Source: a virus. Taken from it: a stretch of 64,000 nucleotides of DNA. Made by a program: the position numbers and the translations under genes. Shown here in pieces: positions 1 to 10,713 of the stretch (positions within the stretch are counted from its first letter, which is position 1; every line of letters starts with the position of its first letter). The notes under the pieces are model-generated. The model was not told the origin of the DNA. It saw nothing but the letters and a program-made list of their open reading frames with translations, and did no database searches. Where the stretch lies: the IMG/VR virus record IMGVR_UViG_3300024999_000068, positions 1 through 64,000 of that record, one strand, 5' to 3'.

Positions 1-142
1 AGTACACTCAAGCGAGTGGAAAATGGAAGCCCTTAACAGATAATGCTGAAGGTGAAGAAATAGTCTATTCTCATATGAAAATATGAGCAGTTATAAACGG
101 TATAGAAGTTGCGATTCTATATGAATACAAATTTATAAAAAG
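1..142 (+). ncRNA. 3' part of a group I intron (P7/S element and P9 region), truncated by window start
   Basis: S-like element gaagaaatagtct (54-66) followed by P9-type hairpins ctcatat-gaaa-atatgag and tatagaa-gttgcga-ttctata; same layout as the intron at 26157-26666. 3' splice site uncertain (G142 or A138). Confidence 0.75.
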
Positions 143-240
143 CCGAAGTTACAAGATATGATATTTCCTACGGGAACAAAGTATTAATTGAACTAATTCC
201 TGCGATGGGATATATATACGATGCTACTCTAGCTGAGTAA
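139..240 (+). CDS. 3' exon of probable major capsid protein (KAEVTRYDISYGNKVLIELIPAMGYIYDATLAE*)
   Basis: Open frame between intron end and TAA 238-240; lies just before head-completion genes; TRYD motif resembles C-termini of clostridial phage capsids (from memory). Confidence 0.5.
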   Translation, partial: KAEVTRYDISYGNKVLIELIPAMGYIYDATLAE

Positions 241-255
241 ATATTAAAATAGTTT

Positions 256-368
256 TTTTAGGGATAGATATTAATTAAGGTTCGAAACTTAATTAATATT
301 GATAAGTAGTAATTCCGATACTACTTCCCTAAATTACAATATTTCGGACAATAAAATTACTACGGAGG
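256..368 (+). ncRNA. Cloverleaf leader RNA, copy 1
   Basis: Outer stem tttaggga/tccctaaa; hairpins atattaattaag/cttaattaatat and agtagta/tactact; loop attccga complementary to tcgga (344-348) and cgga in the RBS region (363-366). Confidence 0.6.
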
Positions 369-375
369 TGGTTAG

Positions 376-1644
376 GTGTCAAATCCATATACATATTATA
401 ATATTAAAGAATATATTAACGATTCAATTACTGGAAATAGTTGTGAAATTATTACCAGCGAAGAAGAATTTGACAATGAAAAAGTTAAACAAAATAAATC
501 TTCATCTAGAGTAAAGATTGTGGTTAAATGTAAATGTACAGTACCTTTTGATGTAGATTTTGGACATTTTAAACTAAGAGATAAGAAACAATGTAATGAA
601 TGTGCAAACTTAAAACGAAAACAAACTAATGTAGAAAGATATGGTTTTGAATCTCCAATGCTTAATAAAGAAATTGGAGATAAAATTAAGAAGACAAATA
701 TGGAGAGATATGGTTTTGAACGTGCTTCTCAAAACGAAGAAGTAAAACAAAAAATAGCAAATACTACATTTGAGCACTATGGAGTTAAATATACTGCACA
801 GGACAAAGAATTAAGACAAAAACAAATTAATACTTCACTTGAAAGATATGGTGTTCCGTACACTTTTATGAATGATGATGTTAAAGAAAAAGCAAGAGAA
901 ACATTTCAATTAAAATATGATTGTGATTATCCAATGCAAAATCAAGATATTAAAAATAAAGCTATAGAAAGTAATTTAAAAAATTATGGTGTTGAATTTG
1001 TATTATCTAGTGATGAAATTAAAGATAAAATTGAACAGACTAATTTAGAAAGATATGGTTTTAAAGTAGCAGCACAATCACAGATTGTCAAAGATAAAAT
1101 TGCTCAAACAAACTTAGATAGATATGGGTCTATTTATGCTATGCAAAATAAAGAAGTATCTGCAAAAGTTAGAGCAACGCTAAACAAAAATGGTACTGCT
1201 CCCTGTAGTAAACAACAAGCATATGTTCATAGTATAGTAGGTGGAGAATTAAATTATCCTTATTATAATGCATCATTAGATATAGCATTTCCAGAAGAAA
1301 TGATTTATTGTGAATGTGATTTTGGTGGACATTGGTTGTCTATTAAATTGGGTGGATTAACTCAAGCAGAATTTGATAAAAAGCAAAGAAATAGATGGTA
1401 CTCTTTATTTCGTTCTCACTGGAAAGAAATTCGTATAATCTCAACCAAAGACCTAATCCCATCAGATCAAAAACTTCTAGAAATCTTATCATACGCACGT
1501 ACATATATAAATCAAAACCATCATTACATAAAATTCGACATTGACAATTCAAAAATAATTAATTCTCAAGGCGAATTTGATTATGATTTTGGCGAACTAA
1601 GAAAAATCAAACCAATAGATATCCAAATTAAAGAAGTAATCTAA
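376..1644 (+). CDS. Free-standing homing-endonuclease-like protein with tandem TNLERYG repeats and C-terminal PD-(D/E)XK/Vsr-like domain
   Basis: About 7 T(N/F)xE(R/H)YG-type repeats, N-terminal CxC/CxxC, C-terminal LDIAF...ECDFGGHW...WKEIRI. Confidence 0.7.
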   Translation: MSNPYTYYNIKEYINDSITGNSCEIITSEEEFDNEKVKQNKSSSRVKIVVKCKCTVPFDVDFGHFKLRDKKQCNECANLKRKQTNVERYGFESPMLNKEIGDKIKKTNMERYGFERASQNEEVKQKIANTTFEHYGVKYTAQDKELRQKQINTSLERYGVPYTFMNDDVKEKARETFQLKYDCDYPMQNQDIKNKAIESNLKNYGVEFVLSSDEIKDKIEQTNLERYGFKVAAQSQIVKDKIAQTNLDRYGSIYAMQNKEVSAKVRATLNKNGTAPCSKQQAYVHSIVGGELNYPYYNASLDIAFPEEMIYCECDFGGHWLSIKLGGLTQAEFDKKQRNRWYSLFRSHWKEIRIISTKDLIPSDQKLLEILSYARTYINQNHHYIKFDIDNSKIINSQGEFDYDFGELRKIKPIDIQIKEVI

Positions 1645-1711
1645 AAACAATAAAATAAACAATAAAAACAATAAATAAAAAGGGTTAAAATAATGGAGGG
1701 AATAAATAATT

Positions 1712-2197
1712 ATGGCAATTGACATGAACAGTCGTTCAAAGGTAAAAAACTTATGTGATTGGAACATCTCATGGGAAAGATATAGTATGGACGGAGATGA
1801 ATTCATAAAAGCAAATCAGACAGTATACATCCCAAATATGGAAATCGAAACACAAGTGCAAAATAACAATCTCTTCTTCATCGGGACAGGGGACGGATCA
1901 CACGCCCGTTGTTACATAGAAAATCCAGAAATGAGAGAACACCTTGGTTTTGACAATAAAGAAGAAAAAAGAACTCAATTAATTCTAAGCGATGAAAAAT
2001 GCAAAGAAATATTTGAATACAAAACATTCAGCACTTTCAAAAAACATGTAATTGAAAACATTATCACAAATCAAGAAAAATCTAAAATAGTTAATTATGC
2101 TAAGAAAAATAAGATAAATGACTATGACAAAATCCAATACTTAACAGAGTACACAAATCTCTCATTTAAAACTGACAGTCCAGATGATAAAGAATAA
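1712..2197 (+). CDS. Phage head-region hypothetical protein
   Basis: Strong RBS ggaggg; syntenic position after the capsid gene. Confidence 0.6.
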   Translation: MAIDMNSRSKVKNLCDWNISWERYSMDGDEFIKANQTVYIPNMEIETQVQNNNLFFIGTGDGSHARCYIENPEMREHLGFDNKEEKRTQLILSDEKCKEIFEYKTFSTFKKHVIENIITNQEKSKIVNYAKKNKINDYDKIQYLTEYTNLSFKTDSPDDKE

Positions 2198-2233
2198 ATA
2201 TAATAATTTAAATCAAATCGAGGTGATATTAGT

Positions 2234-2917
2234 TTGGGAACTTTACTCCAAAAAATATATGATAAATTTTTTATAAAAGTATCAGATGTGGATTTTACTT
2301 ACAAACAAGATTTAGTTTTTGAGTTTTTTGAAACTGCATTAGGGTATAGTTACAAAACTACACCACATGATTTAAGTTATACTTTGTATTCTAACAATGC
2401 AGTTTTGATAGTCTATGACGTAATATCAAATAGTGGAGATATTACTCTTCAAATTAATTCTGATACATATACAATTGCTCTATTAAACACAGATACTAAA
2501 TTACAAATTGCAACAAAAATAAAATCTGCAATAGAATTAAATTATACAGTTTCATTAAATAATATTGAGAATCCAATGTTAACAATTACAAAAACAGATA
2601 TAGATAATATTATAGTTACATTTATTGATACAGATAAAACTAATTTTAATTTAGCTATAAGTAAAACATATGATGGAATAACAATTTACAATTTAGATAT
2701 AGATGAAATTGAATTAATATCATTAAATATGAAAAAATCATATTTAGAGTATTTATTAAAACCATTATCTCGTTTAAAAACGACTATTGGAACAAAAGAT
2801 TTTAATCGTTTATCAAATAAAGTGGATGAATATAAGGTTTATTCATTAATGTTGGATAATTTAAAGGAAGAAATTGAAGATTTTAGGCAAGAATTTTACT
2901 CTTATGTAAATTCTTAA
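2234..2917 (+). CDS. Putative head-tail adaptor/connector
   Basis: RBS gaggtg, TTG start; position in the morphogenesis operon. Confidence 0.45.
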   Translation: MGTLLQKIYDKFFIKVSDVDFTYKQDLVFEFFETALGYSYKTTPHDLSYTLYSNNAVLIVYDVISNSGDITLQINSDTYTIALLNTDTKLQIATKIKSAIELNYTVSLNNIENPMLTITKTDIDNIIVTFIDTDKTNFNLAISKTYDGITIYNLDIDEIELISLNMKKSYLEYLLKPLSRLKTTIGTKDFNRLSNKVDEYKVYSLMLDNLKEEIEDFRQEFYSYVNS

Positions 2918-2934
2918 TAAGTTGGTGATAAAAA

Positions 2935-3183
2935 TTGAATAATGTTAAAATTAGTAACAAAAATATAAATAACAATAAACAAATTCTGATTAAAACACCA
3001 AGTTGCGAAATGACTTTTGAAAATCTATGCAAGAAAGAGTATTTAAAAATAAATAATCTAATGCATATGATTGAGAAAGAGTTTGGTATTTCTTTACATG
3101 ATTTTCCAGAATTAAGAGGAGAGATTCTTAGTATAAGCAATTTCATCAAGAGAATGCCTAACTATGAAAGGGAAATTATGTAA
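2935..3183 (+). CDS. Hypothetical protein
   Basis: RBS ggtga, co-oriented ORF. Confidence 0.5.
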   Translation: MNNVKISNKNINNNKQILIKTPSCEMTFENLCKKEYLKINNLMHMIEKEFGISLHDFPELRGEILSISNFIKRMPNYEREIM

Positions 3184-3232
3184 TTAAGTAATAATTCATT
3201 AGAAATATAAATTAAGAAAAGGAGGAAAGAAA

Positions 3233-3733
3233 ATGGGATATAGTGATTCTAAATTTAACAAAGTATCAGAAGTAGAACTAAGCAAACTTGATAATACTCC
3301 TAATAATACTGGCATTCAATTAATTGAATCAAGAAGTTTTACAGAAACAGCAGTATCCGGTACATATGTGGCAACAGTGGTTATTCCTGCAAATGCTATA
3401 GTGCTTGATGTAATTTTCAAGAATTCTGTAGTATGGAATAATAGTGGAACAGCCACACTAAATGTAGGCGATACTGAGGATGCAGATGGTTATATTGTAA
3501 ATGTTGATGTAAAGACTGCTCCTGTAGCAGATGTAAATGGTGCAGGTGGAATTTCGTCCAGAGCGAAAGACACTGGAACTGGTGCATATAAAGGTTTATT
3601 TAAGAAATATACTGTTAGTGGGCCTGTTACTGCGACTATAGTGACAACTGGTGCAACAGGAACAGCAGGACGTTCAAGTTTATATGTAATATATGCAATG
3701 AATCAAACTGTAGTAAATGCAACTAAAGCGTAA
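3233..3733 (+). CDS. Putative virion structural/decoration protein (beta-rich)
   Basis: RBS ggagg; IPANAIV...LNVGD pattern, G/T/A-rich. Confidence 0.5.
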   Translation: MGYSDSKFNKVSEVELSKLDNTPNNTGIQLIESRSFTETAVSGTYVATVVIPANAIVLDVIFKNSVVWNNSGTATLNVGDTEDADGYIVNVDVKTAPVADVNGAGGISSRAKDTGTGAYKGLFKKYTVSGPVTATIVTTGATGTAGRSSLYVIYAMNQTVVNATKA

Positions 3734-3783
3734 ATAAATAAAATATACTAAAATAATAAATAATTAAGAGGAGTGATTTAATA

Positions 3784-4056
3784 ATGACAAACTTTATCGG
3801 GCGTTCACTAACGGCAAATATTCTCGAACAAAATGTTTCATTAGATATGGCATTTATTAATCTTATTGTAAACGACTCAATTAATACGGTTACAATTTCG
3901 TTTGATGTGGTTTCAGCTTCGGCAGGAGGAAATTTAATGACCCTAAAAGCAGGAGAATCTAGACAAAATATTGCTGTGCCATTTACTAAATTATATTATA
4001 AAGCAAATGTTGACACTTCTGCTATTAGAATTGAAGGTTTGGCAAAAGCTGAATAA
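3784..4056 (+). CDS. Small beta-rich virion-associated hypothetical protein
   Basis: RBS gaggag, in operon. Confidence 0.5.
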   Translation: MTNFIGRSLTANILEQNVSLDMAFINLIVNDSINTVTISFDVVSASAGGNLMTLKAGESRQNIAVPFTKLYYKANVDTSAIRIEGLAKAE

Positions 4057-4086
4057 TTATTGTTTATAACAAAGGTGTGATTTTTA

Positions 4087-5319
4087 GTGGATGTTAGAAA
4101 AAAATGGATAAGTGATAGTTCTGATTATTCTTCTAAAGAAGAAATAATATCTGATGTAAAATCAAATTATGATATTCGCAGATATTATAGTGCAGAAGGT
4201 AAAAGTGTGATAATTGATGATGTTGTAACACAAGTTATAATTCAATCACACTTAAATCCTTTAAATAGAGATAAAGTTGATAATATTATTCATATGCCAA
4301 TTGAGGCAGTTGCTAATACTGGATCTATAGTGGAATGGGAAAATGATAAATGGATTATTGTTAGCAATATTAATGATTTACAAGCATATAAAACCGCAAG
4401 TATGATTAAATCTAACAACACCCTAAAATTCTACTCAAACAACATAAATGATTCTACTCTAAATACATTATATCAAATTCCATGCGTTGTAGGTAAAGGA
4501 AATATAGGTTTAGATGTAAATAAGTTTATGTCTTTAGCATCGGATGAGTATTTAATCGTATGTCCTAGTAGTGTAGATAGTTTAAAGATTGATTTAAATA
4601 CAAGGTTTATATTGAGTGGTAGTGCTTATGCTGTTTTAGGAGTTAGTAATATTGAAAATGTTGGGTTGCTAACTATTAGAATTAAGGAAAATTCTATTAG
4701 TGCGGATGATAATGAAGATTTGGGGATTGCTAACTATTATTCTCATCAAGTTGTAAAAGAAATTTACATTTTAAATGGAACCGAAGCATCTTTGCTTTAT
4801 ACAAATGCAACTCTACAACTCAGTATTTTATGTAAAGAGAATGGTGTAATTGTTAGTAATCCTATTGTTGCTTACTCCTCTGCAAATTTAGGTATTGCAA
4901 CTATTAGCAATACGGGGTTAATAACTTGTGTCGGAACTGGTGATGTAATAATTGTTGCTAATTTTGGTAATGCAAGTGCCAGTATTACTATTCATGGGAA
5001 CATAAATCAGATTGATAATTACAACATTGTAATTACGCCGACAGATTCTACTTTAAAATTAAGCAGAAGTATTGAGTTAACTGCCTCTGCCATGAATAAT
5101 GGCATTGTTGATTTGACTAGATCGTTTGTGTGGAGTATTTATAATTTAGACGAAAGTTCTAGTATCTATGCAAATATAACTCCAAACGACAAAACTTGTA
5201 CAGTATTAGCAAGTAGTTCATCAAGTGCATCTAATAAATATATTATTGTTAGGGCTTCACTGTCCTATGATTCTTCTATTTATACAGAAAAACAAATAAA
5301 GATAATTAATCTATTTTAA
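4087..5319 (+). CDS. Putative head-closure/head-tail protein with C-terminal Ig-like (Big_2) domains
   Basis: YSSANLGIATISNTGLITCVGTG is a Big_2-type motif; position among head-tail genes. Confidence 0.6.
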   Translation: MDVRKKWISDSSDYSSKEEIISDVKSNYDIRRYYSAEGKSVIIDDVVTQVIIQSHLNPLNRDKVDNIIHMPIEAVANTGSIVEWENDKWIIVSNINDLQAYKTASMIKSNNTLKFYSNNINDSTLNTLYQIPCVVGKGNIGLDVNKFMSLASDEYLIVCPSSVDSLKIDLNTRFILSGSAYAVLGVSNIENVGLLTIRIKENSISADDNEDLGIANYYSHQVVKEIYILNGTEASLLYTNATLQLSILCKENGVIVSNPIVAYSSANLGIATISNTGLITCVGTGDVIIVANFGNASASITIHGNINQIDNYNIVITPTDSTLKLSRSIELTASAMNNGIVDLTRSFVWSIYNLDESSSIYANITPNDKTCTVLASSSSSASNKYIIVRASLSYDSSIYTEKQIKIINLF

Positions 5320-5341
5320 TAAAAATTTATTTGGAGGTAAT

Positions 5342-6646
5342 ATGAGAAAATATACATATATTGAAGTTTTTAATATTTTTAAAAATAGCATATATGAATT
5401 AATTACAAGTGAATATACAAATGTTGTTACAAAATTAGTATTCAAAGACAAAGATGAATATTATTATAGTCAAACATTAAATAAATTTATTCATAATCAA
5501 ATTCCTCCAAAATTTCATATTAGTAATATTTTTACATTACAAAATATTAAATTGTATTTACAGATTAACTTCCCTGAACATGAATTATTAACTGATAAAT
5601 ATATAAGTAATACATGCGAGATTCTTTTAAAGGACAAAGAAGGTTATTTATATTCTACTACATTAGCAAGATTACTTCATTCTACTATTCTACATAAGGT
5701 TCACTATTCTAATGAGTTTAGTCTTGACAATATAAATAATTTTCTAAAAATATCCAACACTACTTTAATTGTTTTGAATACAAGTTATGAAAAAAATTTA
5801 AACCTAATCGATTCTGATGGGTATCTTTATACAACGTCATGGAACAAACTACAATCTGGAAGACTGCCAATGTTTGTACATTCTTTAAATATTCATTCTC
5901 ATAGTAACATAAAAATATGGTTGGTTAAGAATAATAAAAAATTCGAATTAATTGATAATATTTATATTGACTCTATAAAAAAGTTAAAATTCAAGTGTTT
6001 AAAGTGCAACGAATTTTTTTATAGTGCATGGAGAGATATTAAGGATGAGTGTGGTTGCCCATACTGTTCAGGACATCAAGCGGGTTTAAGTAATTGCCTC
6101 GCAACTCTAAATCCCGAATTATCAAAAGAGTGGCACCCAGTTAAAAACGGTGTGTTAACGCCTTTTGATGTAATTACAGGAACCAGCAAAAAAGTTTGGT
6201 GGATATGTAGTGAATGTAGTCACGAATGGCCATCTACTGTAAAAAATCGCCACGATAAAAATTCTGGTTGCCCAGAGTGTAGTAAATCCAAAGGCGAAAA
6301 AAGAATTTCTAAAAATTTTATGTTAAAAAATATTCTTTTTATGCCACAAAAAGAATTTGAAGGATTAGTAGGAATAAACAATGGAAGTCTTTCTTATGAT
6401 TTTTATTTAAAGCAATACAATTTACTTATAGAATATCAAGGAGAAATGCATGAGAGATTTTGCAAAGGTATTCATAAGACTAAAAAAGACTTTGAAAAAC
6501 AAGTTGAACACGACAGGCGCAAGAAAGAATATGCATTGAAAAATAATATTAATTTTCTTGAAATTTGGTATTGGGATTTTAATAAGATTGAATCTATTTT
6601 AGATGGATATCTAAACTCCTTAAAGGATGTGTTGTCTATTGCATAA
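5342..6646 (+). CDS. Zinc-ribbon + Vsr/DUF559-like endonuclease (homing-endonuclease-like)
   Basis: CPYCSG...NPELSKEWHP...KVWWICSEC motifs; C-terminal SYDFYL...LIEYQGEMH...FLEIWY. Confidence 0.75.
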   Translation: MRKYTYIEVFNIFKNSIYELITSEYTNVVTKLVFKDKDEYYYSQTLNKFIHNQIPPKFHISNIFTLQNIKLYLQINFPEHELLTDKYISNTCEILLKDKEGYLYSTTLARLLHSTILHKVHYSNEFSLDNINNFLKISNTTLIVLNTSYEKNLNLIDSDGYLYTTSWNKLQSGRLPMFVHSLNIHSHSNIKIWLVKNNKKFELIDNIYIDSIKKLKFKCLKCNEFFYSAWRDIKDECGCPYCSGHQAGLSNCLATLNPELSKEWHPVKNGVLTPFDVITGTSKKVWWICSECSHEWPSTVKNRHDKNSGCPECSKSKGEKRISKNFMLKNILFMPQKEFEGLVGINNGSLSYDFYLKQYNLLIEYQGEMHERFCKGIHKTKKDFEKQVEHDRRKKEYALKNNINFLEIWYWDFNKIESILDGYLNSLKDVLSIA

Positions 6647-6678
6647 GTATTATTAATTTGTATCAAGGGGGTTAAGAA

Positions 6679-7170
6679 TTGCAAAACTATGGTCAATCAT
6701 TAACTGAAATCAAGAATCAAATTGTTAGAAAGATTATTAATAATGTAGGTATTGTTAAAGCTTTGATTATCCCAGATAAAGATTTCTTGGATGTAATTCC
6801 TACTTTAGAACAAAATATTATTTTAAATAATCCTGATGTGTTGATAAGACAACAGATAATGCTAACAAATAATATTACCGCAAAGACAAATAAAGATTTA
6901 CCGTATATCACATCAATGTATGTTGATTTTAAAAAAACTAGTTTAACATATCAATCAGGACTTGTTTATTTCTACATAATTATTCCCAACAGTTTAGAAA
7001 TAAGCGACTATGGTATCAGATATGACTATATTGGAGATGAGCTAGATAAAATATTTAGTGACAGAGGAATAGGTAAATTTGAGTTTGTTAAACGTAGTGA
7101 TATGCCAATTGATGAAAATTTTATTGGGCATTACATAGTATTTAAAATACTTGATTTTAGTAGTTGGTAA
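6679..7170 (+). CDS. Putative tail terminator/tail completion protein
   Basis: Size and position upstream of the major tail protein. Confidence 0.45.
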   Translation: MQNYGQSLTEIKNQIVRKIINNVGIVKALIIPDKDFLDVIPTLEQNIILNNPDVLIRQQIMLTNNITAKTNKDLPYITSMYVDFKKTSLTYQSGLVYFYIIIPNSLEISDYGIRYDYIGDELDKIFSDRGIGKFEFVKRSDMPIDENFIGHYIVFKILDFSSW

Positions 7171-7889
7171 ATATTATGGATAAATATAATTTGTATCTTA
7201 AAGCACAAAAACCTATAAAATTTTATGATGTTTGTATTATTAGTCAGCCAAGTTTTGAAGAAATTCTAGAATTTGGAATAGAAGAATTTGAAAAATTGCT
7301 TTTACCTTATTATATTACAATCGATAATATTTCTGAAGAACTAACAGATGAACAAAAGGAAGGAATCGCCAATTTCGATTTATTATGTAGTTCGGAAGAA
7401 TTTATGTCTTATTTAATTTCATCATTAGAATTTTTTTGTAAAGCTAAGATTGATTTTGATGACAAAGGAATATTTTTCAAAGGATTTAATGGTAGGCTGA
7501 ATAGGGATAATTTTGATGAGCTTGCAAATTCTATATTGAAAATATGTGGGAGAGAACGTCAAAAAACAGAAAAAAAAGTTTTTGCAAATGATATTCAAAG
7601 AGATATATGGGAAAAACTACAAGCTGGAAGAAAACGGTTTGCCTCTAAAAACGAATTAAAATTAGAGGATGTTCTTAATGTTTGTGAATTTGGTGGTAAG
7701 TATCATATCCCGATGGAAATGATAGAGAGATGGTCTTTATGGAGAATAATCAATTGCTATAAAACCATTATGGGAATTAGTAGTTATGAAGATAGTTTTA
7801 GTATTTATCTAATTTCTGGAGAAAAAGATTTAATTGAAGGCAAACATTGGACTGAAACAATAAGAATTGACTACAAACCACAAGAATAA
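7164..7889 (+). CDS. Phage tail-region hypothetical protein
   Basis: Coupled to the upstream gene; position. Confidence 0.5.
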   Translation: MVNIMDKYNLYLKAQKPIKFYDVCIISQPSFEEILEFGIEEFEKLLLPYYITIDNISEELTDEQKEGIANFDLLCSSEEFMSYLISSLEFFCKAKIDFDDKGIFFKGFNGRLNRDNFDELANSILKICGRERQKTEKKVFANDIQRDIWEKLQAGRKRFASKNELKLEDVLNVCEFGGKYHIPMEMIERWSLWRIINCYKTIMGISSYEDSFSIYLISGEKDLIEGKHWTETIRIDYKPQE

Positions 7890-7955
7890 TGAGTTGTATA
7901 AACTCTTTATTATATAACTAATAAATAATTATAATACAGAAGGAGGATAATAAAA

Positions 7956-8702
7956 ATGTTATATGGGATTAAAGACTCTGCAAATTTACAAATCATATCT
8001 CAATTAACTTCGAAGCCTGTACTTTATAGCAACTATGCCAAAACTAGTTCAATTGATTTTACATCGGACGCCGTATACGCCTACAACAAAACAACCAAGG
8101 CGATTAGATGGGACAAAAATCGTGAAGGTACCTTTAAAACTGAAATGGAAATTTTTGAAACTAAGATGTTATCAATTCTATTTGGTACTTCAATTTCTAG
8201 TAAAACTATGTCTATCGCAAAAAGAGAAGTCCTTGCAGTTCAAGCAGGAGGTGCTGGAGCTAGTCTTTTGGTAGCCCCGAAAGCTGGATCTTTAGCTATA
8301 TTTACGCTAAATGCGGATATGGTTTCTCAAGGCGTAGAACAAACGGCAGGAACTCCTGCGACTACTCCAAATACATACTCTGTGAGTACATTAGCCCTAA
8401 CATTCAACGCAACTACTTTTGCTAATGCCGGATATGTTGTTGCTTATTATTTAGTCGATTCTGCTGTTAGTAGTTTTACTGTAGACAATGTGAGCTTTCC
8501 AGGTGGATACAAAATTTATGCAGATAGTGCACTAAGAGGAACAGATCAAGCAGATAAATTCGTTCAATATCAATTACTTAATGTTAAGCCCAAATCAAAT
8601 GCTTCTATCACGATGGACAGTGATAACGTATGTAAACTCTCTATCGAGTGGGATATCCTTGCAGATAGTGCTGGTAATATGATGCACTATGTAGAGGTCT
8701 AA
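7956..8702 (+). CDS. Major tail (tube) protein
   Basis: RBS ggagg; YGIKD...AKTS...FPGGYKIY...DIL pattern typical of SPbeta/c-st-like tail tube proteins; 248 aa. Confidence 0.7.
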   Translation: MLYGIKDSANLQIISQLTSKPVLYSNYAKTSSIDFTSDAVYAYNKTTKAIRWDKNREGTFKTEMEIFETKMLSILFGTSISSKTMSIAKREVLAVQAGGAGASLLVAPKAGSLAIFTLNADMVSQGVEQTAGTPATTPNTYSVSTLALTFNATTFANAGYVVAYYLVDSAVSSFTVDNVSFPGGYKIYADSALRGTDQADKFVQYQLLNVKPKSNASITMDSDNVCKLSIEWDILADSAGNMMHYVEV

Positions 8703-8716
8703 TAGGAGGATATATT

Positions 8717-8968
8717 ATGGTAAAATTTGATGAAGTAAAATTATTTTATACTTGTTTTGCAAATCCACCAGAAGGTGTTTATATGAATAAAGTTTATCGT
8801 ATCATTAAGAAAGATGGTAAGTTATATTTTACAGATGGCACTACAGAATTTGTTGGAGAAGAAGAATACATTAAAATGTTATTCAGTCCTCAAGACGTAA
8901 AGATTTCTTGGGAAGATGTTGATTTTACCGATGAAGTAAAAATTACTAAAATGTTTGATAAGAAATAA
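8717..8968 (+). CDS. Hypothetical protein
   Basis: RBS ggagga. Confidence 0.55.
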   Translation: MVKFDEVKLFYTCFANPPEGVYMNKVYRIIKKDGKLYFTDGTTEFVGEEEYIKMLFSPQDVKISWEDVDFTDEVKITKMFDKK

Positions 8969-9080
8969 ATAAATATGGTTTTTTATAGGTCAGGCCAGAT
9001 TTATAAGAGTAATTAAGAGAGGCTGTGATTCTGATAAACAGTCTCTCTTCCCATTTATTCCTTTAATCAGAAGGGGGAAG
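8968..9080 (+). ncRNA. Cloverleaf leader RNA, copy 2
   Basis: Hairpins ttataggtc/gatttataa and aagagaggctgt/acagtctctctt; loop ttctgat complementary to atcagaa (9066-9072) abutting the RBS ggggg. Confidence 0.55.
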
Positions 9081-10498
9081 ATGCTAATGTCAAAAAGAAA
9101 TACATATGAATACGTCAAAAATGTAATAGAAGTTGAAACTAATATTGGATGGAAATTATTAAGTAAAATGTACATAAAAATAATCTAAACTTGTATATGC
9201 TTTGTGATAAAGGACATCCCGTACATATATCTTTTTCAAATTTCATTTCTGGATGTCGATGTAAGCAATGTTATTTAGATAAACTTAAAGAAATAAAAAA
9301 GTCAAAACCTAAAATAATAAATTCTGACGCTAGAGTAACCAGGAATATTTATGGATATGCCGATTGGGTTTATTCTGTTTTTGAGCGTGACAACTATACG
9401 TGTCAAAATTGTGGAGAAAAGAAATATGGTGATCTTAATGCTCATCATTTAGATGGATATAATTGGTGTATAAGTCGTAGAATAGATGTGACTAATGGGG
9501 TTACACTTTGTACGGATTGTCATAAAGAATTTCATCATAATTACGGATACGGGAATAATACCGAAGAACAGTTTATATCTTGGTCAATGGATAATGAAAA
9601 TAGTATATTTGATATTGATGAAGTAAAGAAAGAATCAGTCTTTAAAAATCGTCCTCCTAAAAAACAGACTATAGGAACTAAAGAATATGCTAGAAAGTAT
9701 TATTTAGAAAATAACCAAACATATTCAGAAGAAGATTTGGATAATATTTTTGATGAAATTATGACAGAATATCCTAATCCAGAAAATTTTACTACAACTA
9801 AATTTAAGGATGTATCTGGCGTAAACCCCATGAGTTTTACGGGAGTTTTTAAAATGCCTTGGATAGACGTATTAGATAAATATGGTAAGAAAGATGAAGT
9901 ATTCAAATATATTTGTGATGAATATCTAAATAATTATTATAAAGAATATAACTGTAGTTTTGAGGTATTTATTGATTTACATAAATATATTTCGCAGGAT
10001 TTAATCAAACAATATACAATAGAAAAAATTAAAGATTCTTGTGGATTTAAAGGATCTCACCAACAACATAATTTTGAAGGATTAAAAAGAAATTTATATG
10101 ATGTAAAAAATTCTTTAAATAAAATACCTTTCTTTAAAGAATTTATGGAATTGACAAGTATTTCTCTGTCATCATATTATAATTACTTTAGTACTAATAG
10201 TTATGATGAATTCATATTAAATTTCATAGATAATAAGGATGATTTAAAAGAATACGAGAAAAACAAGAAAGATAGAATGATTCAAATTTCAGCTATAGGC
10301 GGTAGGAATTCTGGATATACAGATGAAGAAAAAGAGGTAGAATTTAGAAGAGTATTTGATGGTTATTTTATTAAAAATGATAAATATCCAACTAGAAGAG
10401 AGTTTAATGATCTTTCTAAGTATTCAGAAAAAGCATATATGAAGAAATGGAAAATTAGTTGGAATAAAGTAAAAATAAAATATGGATATCCAGCATAA
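9081..10498 (+). pseudogene. HNH endonuclease with apparent frameshift near 9176-9181
   Basis: RBS and ATG at 9081/9087 open MSKRNTYEYVK...LLSKMYIK, which stops at about 9186; the ORF at 9191 continues in another frame with RDNYTCQNCG...AHHL...NGVTLCTDCHKEFH (HNH). Confidence 0.65.
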
Positions 10499-10561
10499 AA
10501 ACAAAAACAATTATAAACATTTGCAAAGTCTATAATTGTTCCCAATCACTCATCCCATAAA

Positions 10562-10610
10562 TAAGAGGAAAGACAGACAACCAAATTGTCTTTCTTTCCT
10601 CTTATTTTTT
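10562..10610 (+). terminator. Rho-independent terminator
   Basis: aagaggaaag...ctttcctctt stem followed by a T-run. Confidence 0.6.
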
Positions 10611-10713
10611 ACTATTTTATATCCTATCTACTAATCTAAAGTCAAACCAACCAATAATCCAAACCAAACCAAAACAAAAATCTAAAAAATAAAAGAAAGG
10701 GTGAAAACAAACA

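Noticed and set aside
256-333. tRNA genes (cloverleaf-like leaders, gttcgaa motif)
   Set aside because: Only two internal hairpins, no D/anticodon/T arm geometry and no CCA end; treated as leader RNAs instead.
10630-10700. aaacc/aacca low-complexity run
   Set aside because: Compositional A/C skew in an intergenic spacer; no regular repeat unit or spacers.
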